Origin: Cyanobacteria bacterium P01_F01_bin.150
GTDB taxonomy: Bacteria > Cyanobacteriota > Cyanobacteriia > CAKZMO01
Reading direction: 5' to 3'
Length of the DNA stretch: 64,000 nucleotides
Assembly (NCBI GenBank): GCA_039189765.1
Contig: JBCCYL010000002.1
Span: 96,001-160,000 of the forward strand
The translations under genes were made by a program, and so were the position numbers. The stretch's first letter is position 1, and each line of letters opens with the position of its first letter. Positions 1 through 11,541 of the stretch are shown here, piece by piece. The notes under the pieces were generated by a model. The model had not been told where the DNA came from. It searched no databases and saw nothing but the letters and a program-made list of their open reading frames with translations.

Positions 1-446
1 CAGTTCGCAGTTGCCTCATCTAACTGTTGTAAGATAGTGCGGTTGATCTCTTGGCGAGATGAATACATATCCTGCAAGGTCATCGTACCAACCTGCGATC
101 GGAGAGTGGTCATGGCGATCGCCTCCAGCGCCCCTTCCACATCCTCAACCATATAGTAAGCTTGCTGAAGTTCCAGCATTCGCCAATAGACGATAGCATC
201 CACTTCCAAATTTACATTGTCTGTGGTGATAGCCTGTTGGGCCGGAAAATCAAGCAGTTTTTCACGGGTAGTCTCAACACAGACAATCTGATCAAGAATT
301 GGCACAACAAAGTTGACGCCTGGGGTTAATTTTTTATGGTATCGGCCCAAACGTTCCACAATTGCTTCATAACCCTGGGTGATGATGCGTACCGATCCGG
401 CAATACATCCGACAATTAACAAAACAACAATAAGGAAGGTAATCAT
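1..446 (-). CDS. SPFH/band 7 (stomatin-like) protein, 5' part; runs off window start
   Basis: Manual translation from ATG at 446: MITFLIVVLLIVGCIAGSVRIITQGYEAIVERLGRYHKKLTPGVNFVVP...QQAITTDNVNLEVDAIVYW; typical partner of the upstream NfeD gene. Confidence 0.9.
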   Translation of the reverse strand, partial: MITFLIVVLLIVGCIAGSVRIITQGYEAIVERLGRYHKKLTPGVNFVVPILDQIVCVETTREKLLDFPAQQAITTDNVNLEVDAIVYWRMLELQQAYYMVEDVEGALEAIAMTTLRSQVGTMTLQDMYSSRQEINRTILQQLDEATAN

Positions 447-482
447 GACTCGTGTAGGTTAGGGAATGCTCCCTAGATTAGT

Positions 483-929
483 TCAATGTACGCTGTCAGG
501 GAATCGGGTCGGAATGACAATCAGAGTATTCCCCTGACGCCCTACCACATGGACTTGCTCCCCTACAGGAATAGTAATATCTGAAACCTGGCAACGGGCT
601 CTCCAAAGCGATCCTTCATAAGCAACTTCTCCTGCATACCCTTGGGGAATTTCCTTCACCACTTCCCCATCACTAACTGGTCGTAGGTCAGTAGACTCCT
701 TGGGAACCATCCCTCGCAGCAATATAGTAAGAGCCGCAGAGAGAACGCCCCAGATAATAAGCTGTAGAGTAAGCTGCTGAATGGAGATAGCCGCAATCGC
801 CGTAATAATTGCAGCAAGACCAATGGCTGCAATGCCCGGTTCTCCAATAAACATGCCAAAGAGCAACCCTATCAAACCACCGACTAGCCATATATTATGA
901 CTCGGTTGATTGGCTAGAAAATCCTCCAA
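483..929 (-). CDS. NfeD family membrane protein
   Basis: Hydrophobic N-terminus, C-terminal GEVAYEGSLWRAR...VGRQGNTLIV OB-fold; next to SPFH gene. Confidence 0.85.
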   Translation of the reverse strand: MEDFLANQPSHNIWLVGGLIGLLFGMFIGEPGIAAIGLAAIITAIAAISIQQLTLQLIIWGVLSAALTILLRGMVPKESTDLRPVSDGEVVKEIPQGYAGEVAYEGSLWRARCQVSDITIPVGEQVHVVGRQGNTLIVIPTRFPDSVH

Positions 930-1225
930 TTTTTCTTCTCCCTACTAACGCGTCCCGTCATCTGCTATCCATATTAATCAGCCCTATGACCAAAGTGCGC
1001 AAATCTTCGCTCATTTTCAAGCTTTGGCCCAATATATGCAAGTAATCTATAGGGAAGCGATCGCTTATACTAAGCGTATTGGTTTTCTTTTCTTTAGATT
1101 GCGATCGCTTGGGTTCTTTTGATTGGGGGTTAGCATTGGCTATTATTATGCTATCGAGTCTTTCCTCACAGGCTGGATAGCTCTGCCGTAGTTGTTAAGA
1201 ATGCCCTAGACGCAATAGCGTAAAA

Positions 1226-2068
1226 GTGACCTTAAATCATCAGTCTTCTTCAAAGCCTTCCCGTCGTCTTGTCGGTCTACTCCCTGCGGGAGGTAGAGGT
1301 ACGCGGATCTCACCCTTGCCCATGAGCAAAGAACTGTTTCCCATTGGCTTTCAGGAATGGAACCCTCTCCCTGGATTACGACCCAAGGTCGCTTGTCAGT
1401 ATTTACTAGATAATATGCGACAGGCAGGTATTACCGAGGCGTTTATTATTTTACGCCCAGGCAAATGGGATATTCCCGATTACTTGGGGGATGGGTCGTT
1501 TCTAGGGATGAATTTAGCCTACTTAACGATCCACGTCCCCTTTGGTGTGCCTTTTAGTCTTAATCAAGCCTATCCGTTTATTCAAAATTCTACCGTTGCT
1601 ATCGGGTTTCCCGATATTTTGGTTCAGCCCAATAATGCCTACAGCCAATTATTACAGCGGCTGAATCAGACAAAGGCGGATGTCGTGTTGGGCCTTTTTC
1701 CAACCGATCAACCGGAAAAGGTTGGAGTGGTAGATTACGAGCAGAATAGCGGGCGCGTCTCGGGCATTTTTGAAAAATCACCGTTTACCCATTTGCGCTA
1801 CATGTGGGCGATCGCCCTCTGGCAGCCTACCTTTACCGAGTTTCTAAACCAGTTTATTCAAGCTAAATTACAGCAGTTGATTGGAGGGCGATCGCCCCAA
1901 ACCCTCACCGAAATCCCTGCCTACACTGAAGTTCCCATCGGTGACGTTATTCAAGCCGCCATTGAGGATGGACTCCACGTCAATAGCCACCCGTTTGAAT
2001 CCGGAAGTTACCTGGACATTGGCACCCCCGAAAACCTACAGCAAGCTATTCGTGAGCACCTACCCTAG
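1226..2068 (+). CDS. Sugar-phosphate nucleotidyltransferase (glucose-1-phosphate thymidylyltransferase-like)
   Basis: GLLPAGGRGTRISPLPMSKELFP and YLDIGTPENL motifs. Confidence 0.85.
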   Translation: MTLNHQSSSKPSRRLVGLLPAGGRGTRISPLPMSKELFPIGFQEWNPLPGLRPKVACQYLLDNMRQAGITEAFIILRPGKWDIPDYLGDGSFLGMNLAYLTIHVPFGVPFSLNQAYPFIQNSTVAIGFPDILVQPNNAYSQLLQRLNQTKADVVLGLFPTDQPEKVGVVDYEQNSGRVSGIFEKSPFTHLRYMWAIALWQPTFTEFLNQFIQAKLQQLIGGRSPQTLTEIPAYTEVPIGDVIQAAIEDGLHVNSHPFESGSYLDIGTPENLQQAIREHLP

Positions 2069-2084
2069 GGAGTCGCCTCCCCCT

Positions 2085-3686
2085 GACAAGTTCTTAGTGA
2101 TTGATACCGAAGGCGGAGAAACAATCACGGAAATATCCACTGCTTCTATTTCGAACTATGGGAAAAGAGGGCACCTAAACCAATCGGTCTAATTGGAACC
2201 GCCTGATTAGATCGATTGAGCCATGGTGGATTCAAAACTATTCGGCAGCAGGATACTCTTGGCAGATCCTAAAAGGGATGATGCAGTACTGCCGCTATAA
2301 AGATGAGCGGTTAAAGTCGATTATTATTCGCTGGCTGTCAGCTCAGCCTGTAGACGAAGAAGATTTAGAGCGTGTTAAACTCGCGATTGGGAGAACGACT
2401 TAAGCCGTGAAGCCTTCTCGCTGGAGGCGATCGCCGTTCTCAGCAAATTATCGCTTCTAGACGAACCCCTCATTATTATTTTCGATCAGCTTGAAGGATT
2501 AGGTCGGCCCCAAAATCGCATTGTTCTAGAAAATTTTGGAGAAACTGTCAAAGAGCTATTTACCCATGTCCCCAATAGCCTAATTATCTTCAATCTATTT
2601 CCTGATCGCTGGCAACAGATGAGAACAGAAATCTTTGACGGTTCAATCATCGATCGGATTTCGCAATATGTTGTACAGCTTGATCGACCTAATAGTGCCG
2701 TTCTAAAAAATATTCTATGGTGCAGGCTAGATAAAAGTAACTTAAATTTGGAAGATATTTTCAGTAGGCAAGACCTTGATGATATTTTAAATCAACCATC
2801 TATTCGCGCTGTTATTAACCGCGCAGCGTCTTACTATCGGCATAACGTTGAAGGCCTGCCATTACCTTACCCAGCATCAGGCTCAAATCAAGCAAAAGAG
2901 AATCTTAAGGCTTCAACACAGGATAATCTTTCTAGTCGATTAAATAGTATCGAATCATCTCTTTATGAGTTAACAGAACGGATCAAAATTATAGAATACT
3001 TTATTGATAGTAGTTTAAATCAAAAGCCATTATCGAAAAATCCTTCCTCTCTTGATGAAAATATTCCCTTAAGTAGATCTCTAAAAACAGATAGAGATAC
3101 TTGTCTCGATCCAGACATTGAACTAGTCAAGCATTATCTAAAGACCGAGAAGTTATTTTTAACTAAAAAATATAGCGATCCTACTATTATTTCTGCAAGT
3201 GATGATATTGGAAAACTAATAGCCATCGTTTCTGAGTTGCAAACATTTACTGAATTTGATATTCAAGAATTAAGACTGGGAAAAAATCTTGTATTGCCAG
3301 ATCATATATTAATTCAAAAATCAGAACAAGGAAATGTTTTAGGATTTCTTCACGTTGGAGGAAATTCTTTTACTTCTCAACTCAAGAACTTTAATCAGCT
3401 TGTAATCAGCAACAAGAACCTGGATTTTGTTTTGATGCGGGACGAAAGAGAATCCAATATCACTGGCGGAATTGGTAGGCAAGAAATCGAGAAGCTAAAT
3501 CATGCAGAATCAGGGTGCTTTAAGATCCTAAGCCGTGAAGATAGAATACAACTTGAGCTGCTTTATTCTATAATTGTGGCTATCCAAAATAGAGATTTGG
3601 ATATTGATATTGCGAAGGCAATTCAGATATTTGAACAGCAGAATCCTGAATATTGGTTACTTGAAAAGCTAATGTTGAATTCATAG
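2085..3686 (+). pseudogene. Decayed exonuclease-like/P-loop ATPase gene
   Basis: FLVIDTEG fragment near 2090-2115; in-frame TAA at 2176-2178; frame change near 2385 into DWENDLSREAFSLEAIAVL...IIIFDQLEGLG (Walker B-like), continuous with ORF 2619-3686; no Walker A left. Confidence 0.65.
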
Positions 3687-4441
3687 CGACTATCCGTTAT
3701 GTACTCCTATGATTATTCTCTAATGCCGTCAATATTGTAACTATTGCTATGTCAAGCTCAATAAGCCTACTCCTGTCTTGGCACAAGATTGCATAATCGC
3801 AAATCTTTGTATGTAAGCTAAACAATGCTCAACCTACGCATTCGTCGTGCCATCATAGAGTGGGAAGGGAGTATTAAATGAAACCAATATCCTTTGAATT
3901 CTGGGTTAAGCTCTCTGATGACCTTGTTAATAGCAAGCACTATCGGGATCATATCTTTGCCATTATGCAGGGTCGAGCGATGATGCATTTTGGATCGCGG
4001 GGGGCGATCGCACCCGATCTTTCGAAGAACCTGGCATCCTATAAAAAAGCCAAATCCCTCTCCCCAGAGTAGAGGTACCCCCTCCTCACCCAAATCGATC
4101 TCCCAGATAAACTTCTGGATCTTGGGTATAGCGTTATGGTGATGGCCTTTTCCGAATTTAACTGATTTATTGAAAGATAATTACCGCAGGTCATTCCTAG
4201 GCTTAAATGTAGTTGAAGATTCCGTTTTTATCTATTCACAACAATAAAAATAAGTAGATAAATGAGTCTTATGATACAGCCTCAAATATTTTTAATAGTT
4301 ATGATAATAGATACTAATTCGCATGTTGCCAAAATTAAGATGAAGCAGAGTTGGTGGTATTGACTAGGCTCTGTGCCTCCACTATTCATCTGAATCGGTA
4401 CCTCAATTTTTAACAGGCATTTATCTATTTGGAGAAGCATT

Positions 4442-4804
4442 ATGAGAAACGCTATAGATCCCTTAGTTCAAGGCATTTCCGGTCAAATTACCTGTCATTA
4501 TGTAAACAGTACAAGCAAACTTCAAATTGTACGTATTGAGAACGTTGCCAACTGGTATTTTGAGCGAGTTGTTTTTCCTGGGCAACACTTAGTGTTTCAG
4601 GCCCTGTCAGAGGCTGTTTTAGAAGTACATACGTCGGAAATGGCAACTACTATTCTTGCCGACCGCATTCCTTGCACTACTTTACGCTACACAGAGGTTT
4701 TAGAACCCCTTCCTCCTTACTATGTTTCCCACTCTGACGGTGATGCTAGTCAAGCAGATGATGAAACATCGCAGTCTAAGACTGTTGATGAAATTGGCTT
4801 TTGA
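4442..4804 (+). CDS. DUF1830 domain protein
   Basis: CHYVNSTSKLQIVRIENVANWYFERVVFPGQHLVF pattern typical of this cyanobacterial family. Confidence 0.85.
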   Translation: MRNAIDPLVQGISGQITCHYVNSTSKLQIVRIENVANWYFERVVFPGQHLVFQALSEAVLEVHTSEMATTILADRIPCTTLRYTEVLEPLPPYYVSHSDGDASQADDETSQSKTVDEIGF

Positions 4805-4891
4805 TATCGGGTATTTCAAATGTGTAAGGATATGTAAATATTCGAATATGTTTGAAATAATTAAGTGTCAGCATAGCAAGACTCCGTTCAA

Positions 4892-4926
4892 AAGAACCTT
4901 GGGGACATTAGCCTCGGGGTTCTTTT
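4892..4926 (+). terminator. Hairpin after DUF1830 gene, possible terminator
   Basis: AAAGAACCTTGGGG...CCTCGGGGTTCTTT imperfect inverted repeat. Confidence 0.5.
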
Positions 4927-5122
4927 GAGCGATCGCCACACAACTTTTCAAGACTCTTCCACCGACTTTCCACGCAGGTCACTTGAAAAATTGATGGCTC
5001 GTGGCATGACGGCTACCTTACAATGTCTTCGTAGAAACACTGCACTGCGCCACGGTTATTCGTTGAATGTTCTTTGAAGAGCTGTCTCTCCTCTGTGGCC
5101 TTATTGGTTTTGAGATTTAACT

Positions 5123-6565
5123 ATGCGATCGCCATCTTCACAAGCTCAGTCTTCTGCTCAAGCTTATTTACCTATTCCCATTCCATCCTTTGATAGCTTA
5201 AAGCATCGTCGTCAACAGTTAGCCCAAATTTTTCCCCACCCCGTTATCCTCTGGTCCGGAGCCAGTGCCGCACGCAATTTTCCGGCAAATGTATATCCGC
5301 TTAGAAGCAACAGCAACTTTATTTATTTTGCTGGATATCCATTGGAAAATGCAGCCATTCGCTTGGAGGATGGTCACCTTGAACTTTATCTAGATAATCC
5401 GGCTCCAGATAGTGCTCTATGGCATGGTCCTGAACCCTCACGCCATGAAATTGCTGATGCGATTGGAGCTAAGCAGGCTTTTCCCATGGTTGAGCTGAAG
5501 GGACGAGCCGATGGTGCAGCGACGATTTTAGTTCAGGATGGAGCCACGCAGCAGAAACAACGGTCTGTCCTTAACCGTTCGGTGGAGGTAGCTTCCCATG
5601 CTGATGGACTAGATCACGACTTGGTATTGGCGATCGCCTCTCTTCGCCTAACCCATGACGATGATGCCCTCAGCGAAATTCGTAAAGCAGTGTCTATTAC
5701 AATAGAGGCCCATAAAGCTGGCATGAGGGCGACAGGTCAGCAGACCCATGAATCAGGGGTCAGAGCTGCAATAGAGCAAGTGATTCTAGCCCATGATATG
5801 ACCTGCGCGTATAACAGCATTGTGACCGTGCATGGGGAGGTACTGCACAATAATCATTACTATCACTCTATTCAACCAGGGGATTTATTGTTGGCAGATG
5901 TAGGTGCCGAAACCGCATCTGGTTGGGCAGCAGATGTGACCCGAACGTGGCCAGTATCAGGGCGATTTTCGGATAGTCAGCGAGCTATTTATCGAGTGGT
6001 ATTAGAGGCCCATGATGCTTGCATCGCTGCGACTAAACCAGGAGTAGAGTACCGTGAGATTCATATGATAGCGGCACAGGTAATTGCAGAGGGGCTGAAG
6101 GATTTGGGGATTTTACGAGGGAATCCAGAAATACTAGTGGAGCAGGATGCCCATGCCCTATTTTTTCCTCATGGAGTCGGTCATCTGCTAGGGTTAGACG
6201 TTCACGATATGGAAGATTTGGGAGATTTTGCTGGTTATGCACCGGGGCGAACCCGCAGCGATCGCTTTGGTCTCAGCTATCTGCGTCTAGACCGTCCTTT
6301 GCAAGCAGGCATGTTGGTGACCATTGAGCCAGGCTTCTATCAGGTTCCAGCAATCTTAAATCATCCAGAGTGGCGACAGCGTTATCAGGATATGGTCAAT
6401 TGGGAACGACTGGCTGACTTTGCCGATGTGCGGGGCATTCGCATCGAGGATGATGTACTGGTAACGGCAACGGGATATGAGGTGCTGACGCGATCGCTTC
6501 CTACGGGCATCACGGACATTGAGTCTCTAGTTAAGAACTCCGGAACTGCTTCTCTAAAAGGTTAA
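5123..6565 (+). CDS. pepP: Xaa-Pro aminopeptidase (M24B)
   Basis: ADVTRTWP, HGVGHLLGLDVHD, TIEPGFY, GIRIEDDVLVT motifs. Confidence 0.93.
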   Translation: MRSPSSQAQSSAQAYLPIPIPSFDSLKHRRQQLAQIFPHPVILWSGASAARNFPANVYPLRSNSNFIYFAGYPLENAAIRLEDGHLELYLDNPAPDSALWHGPEPSRHEIADAIGAKQAFPMVELKGRADGAATILVQDGATQQKQRSVLNRSVEVASHADGLDHDLVLAIASLRLTHDDDALSEIRKAVSITIEAHKAGMRATGQQTHESGVRAAIEQVILAHDMTCAYNSIVTVHGEVLHNNHYYHSIQPGDLLLADVGAETASGWAADVTRTWPVSGRFSDSQRAIYRVVLEAHDACIAATKPGVEYREIHMIAAQVIAEGLKDLGILRGNPEILVEQDAHALFFPHGVGHLLGLDVHDMEDLGDFAGYAPGRTRSDRFGLSYLRLDRPLQAGMLVTIEPGFYQVPAILNHPEWRQRYQDMVNWERLADFADVRGIRIEDDVLVTATGYEVLTRSLPTGITDIESLVKNSGTASLKG

Positions 6566-7310
6566 CGATGGCTGCACGGGGCATAAATCGCGGAAGGTTG
6601 ACAATCAGCTGATTAAGGGGGCCGCCATTAACAAGGCTTGGTGCCTCCGCATCCATTGCCTTCAGTGCTTCTTGAACTACGGCATCCGATGTCATCATTT
6701 GGGGAGCCTGATAGCTCATTGTGTCGCTAAAGTTCGCCACCTGAAAGAATTGAGTATCCGTGGGGCCGGGACAAAGGGCCAGAACTTTGATGCCATCGGC
6801 TTTCACTTCCGCCCAGAGGGCTTCACTAAAGCTAAGTACAAAGGCTTTAGTGGCCGCATACACAGATAGATAGGGCATCGGCTGAAAGGCTGCAATTGAG
6901 GCAATATTAATAATGTGACCACTTTTTTGCGTCACCATGTTTGGCAAAAACAAGTGAGTTAAATCGGTCAGAGTCAAAATATTGAGGCGAATCATGTCGA
7001 GCTGTTTGGTGCGATCGCTCTCTCCAAACGCCCCATAATCCCCAAACCCAGCGTTATTAATCAATACATCGACTACTATCCCCAGACTGTTGACCTTTTG
7101 GAAAACAGTACTGGCCCCGTCGGGGTGAGCCAGGTCTTGCACAATAACCTCGGTGCGGATATCGTGCTGGGAGTGAAGGCGCTGGGCGATCGCTTGCAAT
7201 TTATCCTGCGATCGCGCTACTAAAATTAGGTCATTTCCCTTAGCCGCCAGGGTGTTGGCAAAGGCTTCTCCAATACCAGAGGAAGCCCCCGTAATCAGTG
7301 TGGTGGTCAT
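6531..7310 (-). CDS. Short-chain dehydrogenase/reductase
   Basis: TGASSGIG, NNAG and YAATK motifs. Confidence 0.93.
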   Translation of the reverse strand: MTTTLITGASSGIGEAFANTLAAKGNDLILVARSQDKLQAIAQRLHSQHDIRTEVIVQDLAHPDGASTVFQKVNSLGIVVDVLINNAGFGDYGAFGESDRTKQLDMIRLNILTLTDLTHLFLPNMVTQKSGHIINIASIAAFQPMPYLSVYAATKAFVLSFSEALWAEVKADGIKVLALCPGPTDTQFFQVANFSDTMSYQAPQMMTSDAVVQEALKAMDAEAPSLVNGGPLNQLIVNLPRFMPRAAIVNLLEKQFRSS

Positions 7311-7428
7311 ACAGTCTAATGTAAATCTGATCGATACGAGTGTTTATAATCGTTAGACTTTACTGTTACATATTTCCCCATGTCATGCAGAGTAGACATA
7401 AACATAAATGGGGGCGTTAAAGAACTTT

Positions 7429-8223
7429 CTAAAATATGGTCTTAGTGTGAACTTGTCCATTGAGGTTAACAACGGTAACCGATTGTTCTGGAAGGGACTG
7501 CCAAGTTGCATCCATTAGAGGCTCTGAGGCGATTAGAACGCCTTGCTCTTGTTGCAACCAATAGAGGGTTGGGACTGGCTCTTTGTTGGCCGCACGGCTT
7601 ACAATCAAATGGGTACCGGTACTAAGAACCATATTTGCCCCCACCTTCAAATCTAGGGGTTGAGCGAGTTGAAAGATAAATTGAATCATTTGGCTAAGGG
7701 CGATCGCTAGCGATTCTGGGTCATTTGGCGGTCCCCCCAGCTGGTCTAAAAATTGGAGAATAAGCACAAATAGATGTTCGGAGTCTGTTGTGCCATGAAT
7801 AGATTGGTAAAGGCGATCGCACAACTTTTCTCTGATTGGGCGATATAGGGTTTGACGAAAATCTTCAATGTAGCCATTGTGGATTGCCAATAAAGAACCC
7901 GACTTAAAGGGCTGACAATTACCCAAATCAACTGCTAGGCCAGGAGTGGCGCTGCGAACATAAGCCACCATGCAATGGGAATTTACATATCGGGCTAAAT
8001 CCACTAAGTTGATGTCATTCCAAATGGGCAGAATATTTTTATAGCAGAAGGGCTGTGTCGATTGCTCTGTATGATACCAGCCAATGCCAAAACCATCCGC
8101 ATTCAGCAACCCAGCAGTCATTTCTTGGGGCTGATAGCTTTGAACAATTAAAGAATGGGAAGGTTTATATAATAACTCCTCTAAGGGAAGGGGGACGCCC
8201 AAGTAGGCCATCAATCGACACAT
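7429..8223 (-). CDS. egtC: Class II glutamine amidotransferase, EgtC-like
   Basis: N-terminal MCRL, NADGFGIGWY, VRSATPG, HNG, GTTDSE. Confidence 0.75.
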   Translation of the reverse strand: MCRLMAYLGVPLPLEELLYKPSHSLIVQSYQPQEMTAGLLNADGFGIGWYHTEQSTQPFCYKNILPIWNDINLVDLARYVNSHCMVAYVRSATPGLAVDLGNCQPFKSGSLLAIHNGYIEDFRQTLYRPIREKLCDRLYQSIHGTTDSEHLFVLILQFLDQLGGPPNDPESLAIALSQMIQFIFQLAQPLDLKVGANMVLSTGTHLIVSRAANKEPVPTLYWLQQEQGVLIASEPLMDATWQSLPEQSVTVVNLNGQVHTKTIF

Positions 8224-8363
8224 AATTCGCCTGATTTAATTTGAAAAAGTTTTTTCTAGACCAATGTTAATAACAATCTAACGTCTTGAAGGACGCATTG
8301 GTGAAACTTAATAAAGGGGAGTGCCTTTGCTTAAGGCTAAAGACTACAGGGCGCTACGGGAGT

Positions 8364-10667
8364 CTATGCAGATTCATTCCCATGCAAAGATCTGGGAGAG
8401 CCTGAGGATTCATCGACAGTTGCTGCTTCCAAATGAGAAAGGCTCAAAGCTTTTTCATTTGGAAGCTTATGTTTAGAAGACTCTAAAGGAATAATGATGG
8501 TAAACTTTGTGCCTTTTCCTACTGTAGATACACATTCCAACTGACCACCATGCTTCTCAACAATGATTTGATAACTAATAGAAAGCCCTAACCCAGTTCC
8601 TTTGCCAATAGGTTTCGTTGTAAAAAATGGATTAAAAATTTGCCGCTGATCGTCTGGATTAATACCTGGACCGTTATCTTCAATCTCAACAATGATATTA
8701 TCATCGGCTTTAGAGGTGTAAATTCTAATATGGGCAGGTTTGCCCGCCCGTCGCTGATCTTCAAGGGCATCTAAGGCATTGACCAGCAAATTCATAAAGA
8801 CCTGATTGAGCTGACTGGCATAGCAAAACACGTCTGGAATGGAGCCGTAGTCTCGAATAATCTCAAGAGCTCCTAGAGAACCCACCGCTTTGACTCGATT
8901 TTGCAAAATAATCAGCGTACTATCCAGTCCTGTGTGAATATTAATATCTTTTTTCTCTGCTTCATCTAAACGAGAAAAGTTGCGCAAGGAAGTAACAATA
9001 TTGGTAATGCGCTCTGCTCCGTTTTCCATGGAAACCAGCACTTTTTCTAAATCAGGAATCAGAAAATCAAGGTCAACAGAGGTCAGCAAAGCCTGAATCT
9101 CTGGAATAGGTTTTGGATAGTTTTTTTGATAAAGACTAACAAGCTGAATCAAGCTTTGGGCATACCCTTTAACGTGATCAAGATTTCCGTAGATAAAGCT
9201 AACAGGGTTATTAATCTCGTGGGCAATACCGGCTACCATCTGACCTAGCCCAGACATCTTTTCTGTCTGAATAAGTTGGGTTTGCGTTTTTTTAAGCTTA
9301 GTAAGAGTCGCTTCGATTTCCTGTTTAGCCTTCTCTAATCGGCTATTTCTATCTGCTAGCTGCTGACGCTGATACTTTTCCTGTTCTAGCAATTTAGCTT
9401 GGGATAGGGCAATGCCCACTTGAATCGCCACTTCTTCTAACAGTTTGACTTCGCCAATACTCCATTCCCTAAATCGATCGCACTGATCCAAGGAAATTAC
9501 CCCATTTACGTGACCTTTGTAAGCCGTTTGCACAATCAGTAGGGACTTGAGCTGATTTTTGTGACACAACGGATGAATACTTTCCAGTAATGGCTCCTCA
9601 AAGACATTACTAGAGGCTAAAGGATGAGGTTGCGATAGTAATTGATGGAAAAACAGGGTGTCTTCCACAGAAATCTCGATTTGGCCATAGTTAGGAAACT
9701 CTGGTAAGTAGTCTTCTGCAACTAAAATGCATCGCGGTTGAGGATACTCATCGTAAATGAAAATATTACAGCGACTTGCACTGAAAGCATGGCGAACTTC
9801 TGTGGCTGTTCGTTGAAAAATAGCCTGTACATCCAAGTCCTGACGAATATGTTGAGTGATAAGGCTTAGAAGCTGTTCTCGCCAAAGTTGTTGTTCCAGT
9901 GCAATTTCTGCCTGCTTCCGTTCTGCCTCAGTGCGTTTTCGATTGGTGATATTGAGTTCATTGACCAGTATGGCGGTTTGGCCAGTTAACGGGTCACGGG
10001 CATATCTCACATCAATTTCATGCCACTGGATACCTTGAAGTGTAGTGACTTGAGCCTCAATTTTGAAAAAATGTCCTGACTTGACCCATGTCATTACCTG
10101 GTACGCTACGCGAGGATCCGTGAAACGGCGAATAAAAGTATCTGAGGCGGGAGAATACTCTTTGTCATTCCCATAACATTCCAGAGCTGCTGGGTTTTGG
10201 AGAATGGATTGACCTTGCAAATCGTATAGCGAGATCATTACCGTAGTATGTCGTAGTGCTTCTAATGAGCAAAGAATATGAGAGTCTACTTGGTCAATGC
10301 TTTGGGGAATACCTTCAACCAACATTGCCAGACGGCCAAATTCAATCCAGATCGCTGAAAAAGTGCAGCTTACGGAAATAGCGGATTCTGCTTGAGGATA
10401 AAATGTCCATTGTTCTGTGACAGTATGGCCCTGATTGAACTGACTAAGATAGTCCTGGAAACGAACTTGGGTCGCGTCAGAGTAGTCGTTCCAATCCCGA
10501 TCAAGTAGTTCCTGTAAGCAATCGGCATTCCACAGACGAATTGCTGATTGATTGGCCCACCACATCCGCATGTAGTCCACATCAAAAATCCACACAGGAG
10601 TCTGCAAACAGTTGAACCGTGCTAGATCAGATGGCGTAACGACTGACTGATTGAGGAATCCTGCCAT
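8364..10667 (-). CDS. PAS-like/GAF sensor histidine kinase
   Basis: GAF region (LDQCDRFREW), H-box AHEINNP, NQVFMNLLVNA, DNGPGI, FFTTKPIGKGTGLGL. Confidence 0.92.
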   Translation of the reverse strand: MAGFLNQSVVTPSDLARFNCLQTPVWIFDVDYMRMWWANQSAIRLWNADCLQELLDRDWNDYSDATQVRFQDYLSQFNQGHTVTEQWTFYPQAESAISVSCTFSAIWIEFGRLAMLVEGIPQSIDQVDSHILCSLEALRHTTVMISLYDLQGQSILQNPAALECYGNDKEYSPASDTFIRRFTDPRVAYQVMTWVKSGHFFKIEAQVTTLQGIQWHEIDVRYARDPLTGQTAILVNELNITNRKRTEAERKQAEIALEQQLWREQLLSLITQHIRQDLDVQAIFQRTATEVRHAFSASRCNIFIYDEYPQPRCILVAEDYLPEFPNYGQIEISVEDTLFFHQLLSQPHPLASSNVFEEPLLESIHPLCHKNQLKSLLIVQTAYKGHVNGVISLDQCDRFREWSIGEVKLLEEVAIQVGIALSQAKLLEQEKYQRQQLADRNSRLEKAKQEIEATLTKLKKTQTQLIQTEKMSGLGQMVAGIAHEINNPVSFIYGNLDHVKGYAQSLIQLVSLYQKNYPKPIPEIQALLTSVDLDFLIPDLEKVLVSMENGAERITNIVTSLRNFSRLDEAEKKDINIHTGLDSTLIILQNRVKAVGSLGALEIIRDYGSIPDVFCYASQLNQVFMNLLVNALDALEDQRRAGKPAHIRIYTSKADDNIIVEIEDNGPGINPDDQRQIFNPFFTTKPIGKGTGLGLSISYQIIVEKHGGQLECVSTVGKGTKFTIIIPLESSKHKLPNEKALSLSHLEAATVDESSGSPRSLHGNESA

Positions 10668-11057
10668 AAAAGAGTCCTGATGTTGTTATTGACGCAAAGG
10701 GATAAAGCTTGTCATGGACTAGACAAGGGGCATTCCTTATACGATTGGCAATCGTAGTGAGCGCCAAAGGACACTTGCCGATAATAGACATAAATCGTAA
10801 AATGCACCACTACCAGATATTAGGACAGAATACCCATTCTAGGAACTCTTGATATCTGCAAATTACCTTTTCAACCTTGATTTCAACCTTCTAGATAAAG
10901 TATCCGCATAGTTTACTATTGTGAACGATAAACAGTTGAAATAGTGTCCACATTTCAACGTTATTAGATTAAATTAGCCGATAACGTAAGAGAAATTGAT
11001 GAATCCTCCGTCTTCCCCGACCATGTGTTGGGGTTTTTCTTATTGGTTATCTGGGAT

Positions 11058-11387
11058 TCAATTTTTCTTCTTGCTAATCTCAGATTTTTGACTAGGGCTT
11101 ATGTCAGATATCGCATCTTTTAGGGCAGTTTGCCCAACGATATGCAGCCCTGGGTAAGAGGTTGGAACCGGATCATATCCTCCTTGGTGAAATGGATGAC
11201 ACCGCAGCAATCGCCGCAAGCCCAGTCGTCCCCCTTTCCACACACCGTAACGCTGAACAGCATCAATCATATATTGGGAACAGGTGGGTTGATATCGACA
11301 AACGGGTAAAAATAGTGGGGAAATTACCATTCGATATCCTCGGATCAAGCTGATAAGTATAGTTTTGCCTGATATCTTCATCACCAC
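11058..11387 (-). CDS. yidD: Membrane protein insertion efficiency factor
   Basis: [10 protein letters not shown]...[14 protein letters not shown]. Confidence 0.92.
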   Translation of the reverse strand: MVMKISGKTILISLIRGYRMVISPLFLPVCRYQPTCSQYMIDAVQRYGVWKGGRLGLRRLLRCHPFHQGGYDPVPTSYPGLHIVGQTALKDAISDISPSQKSEISKKKN

Positions 11388-11541
11388 TCCATATCAGTAT
11401 CTAGCTGTTTAACCTCTAGGTAGTGGGGGCTAGAGCATTTTCACTACCATTTATTTTATGTCGCCTTAAAATAACAAGCCTTTGTGGGAACGTTCTGAGC
11501 AAGGAACTTTTGTGGCTACAGGGATAGGCTTTAACATGCAC

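Noticed and set aside
3878..4072. 64-aa ORF after the pseudogene (and a 55-aa ORF at 14416-14583)
   Set aside because: No recognisable motif; cannot be supported without a homology search.
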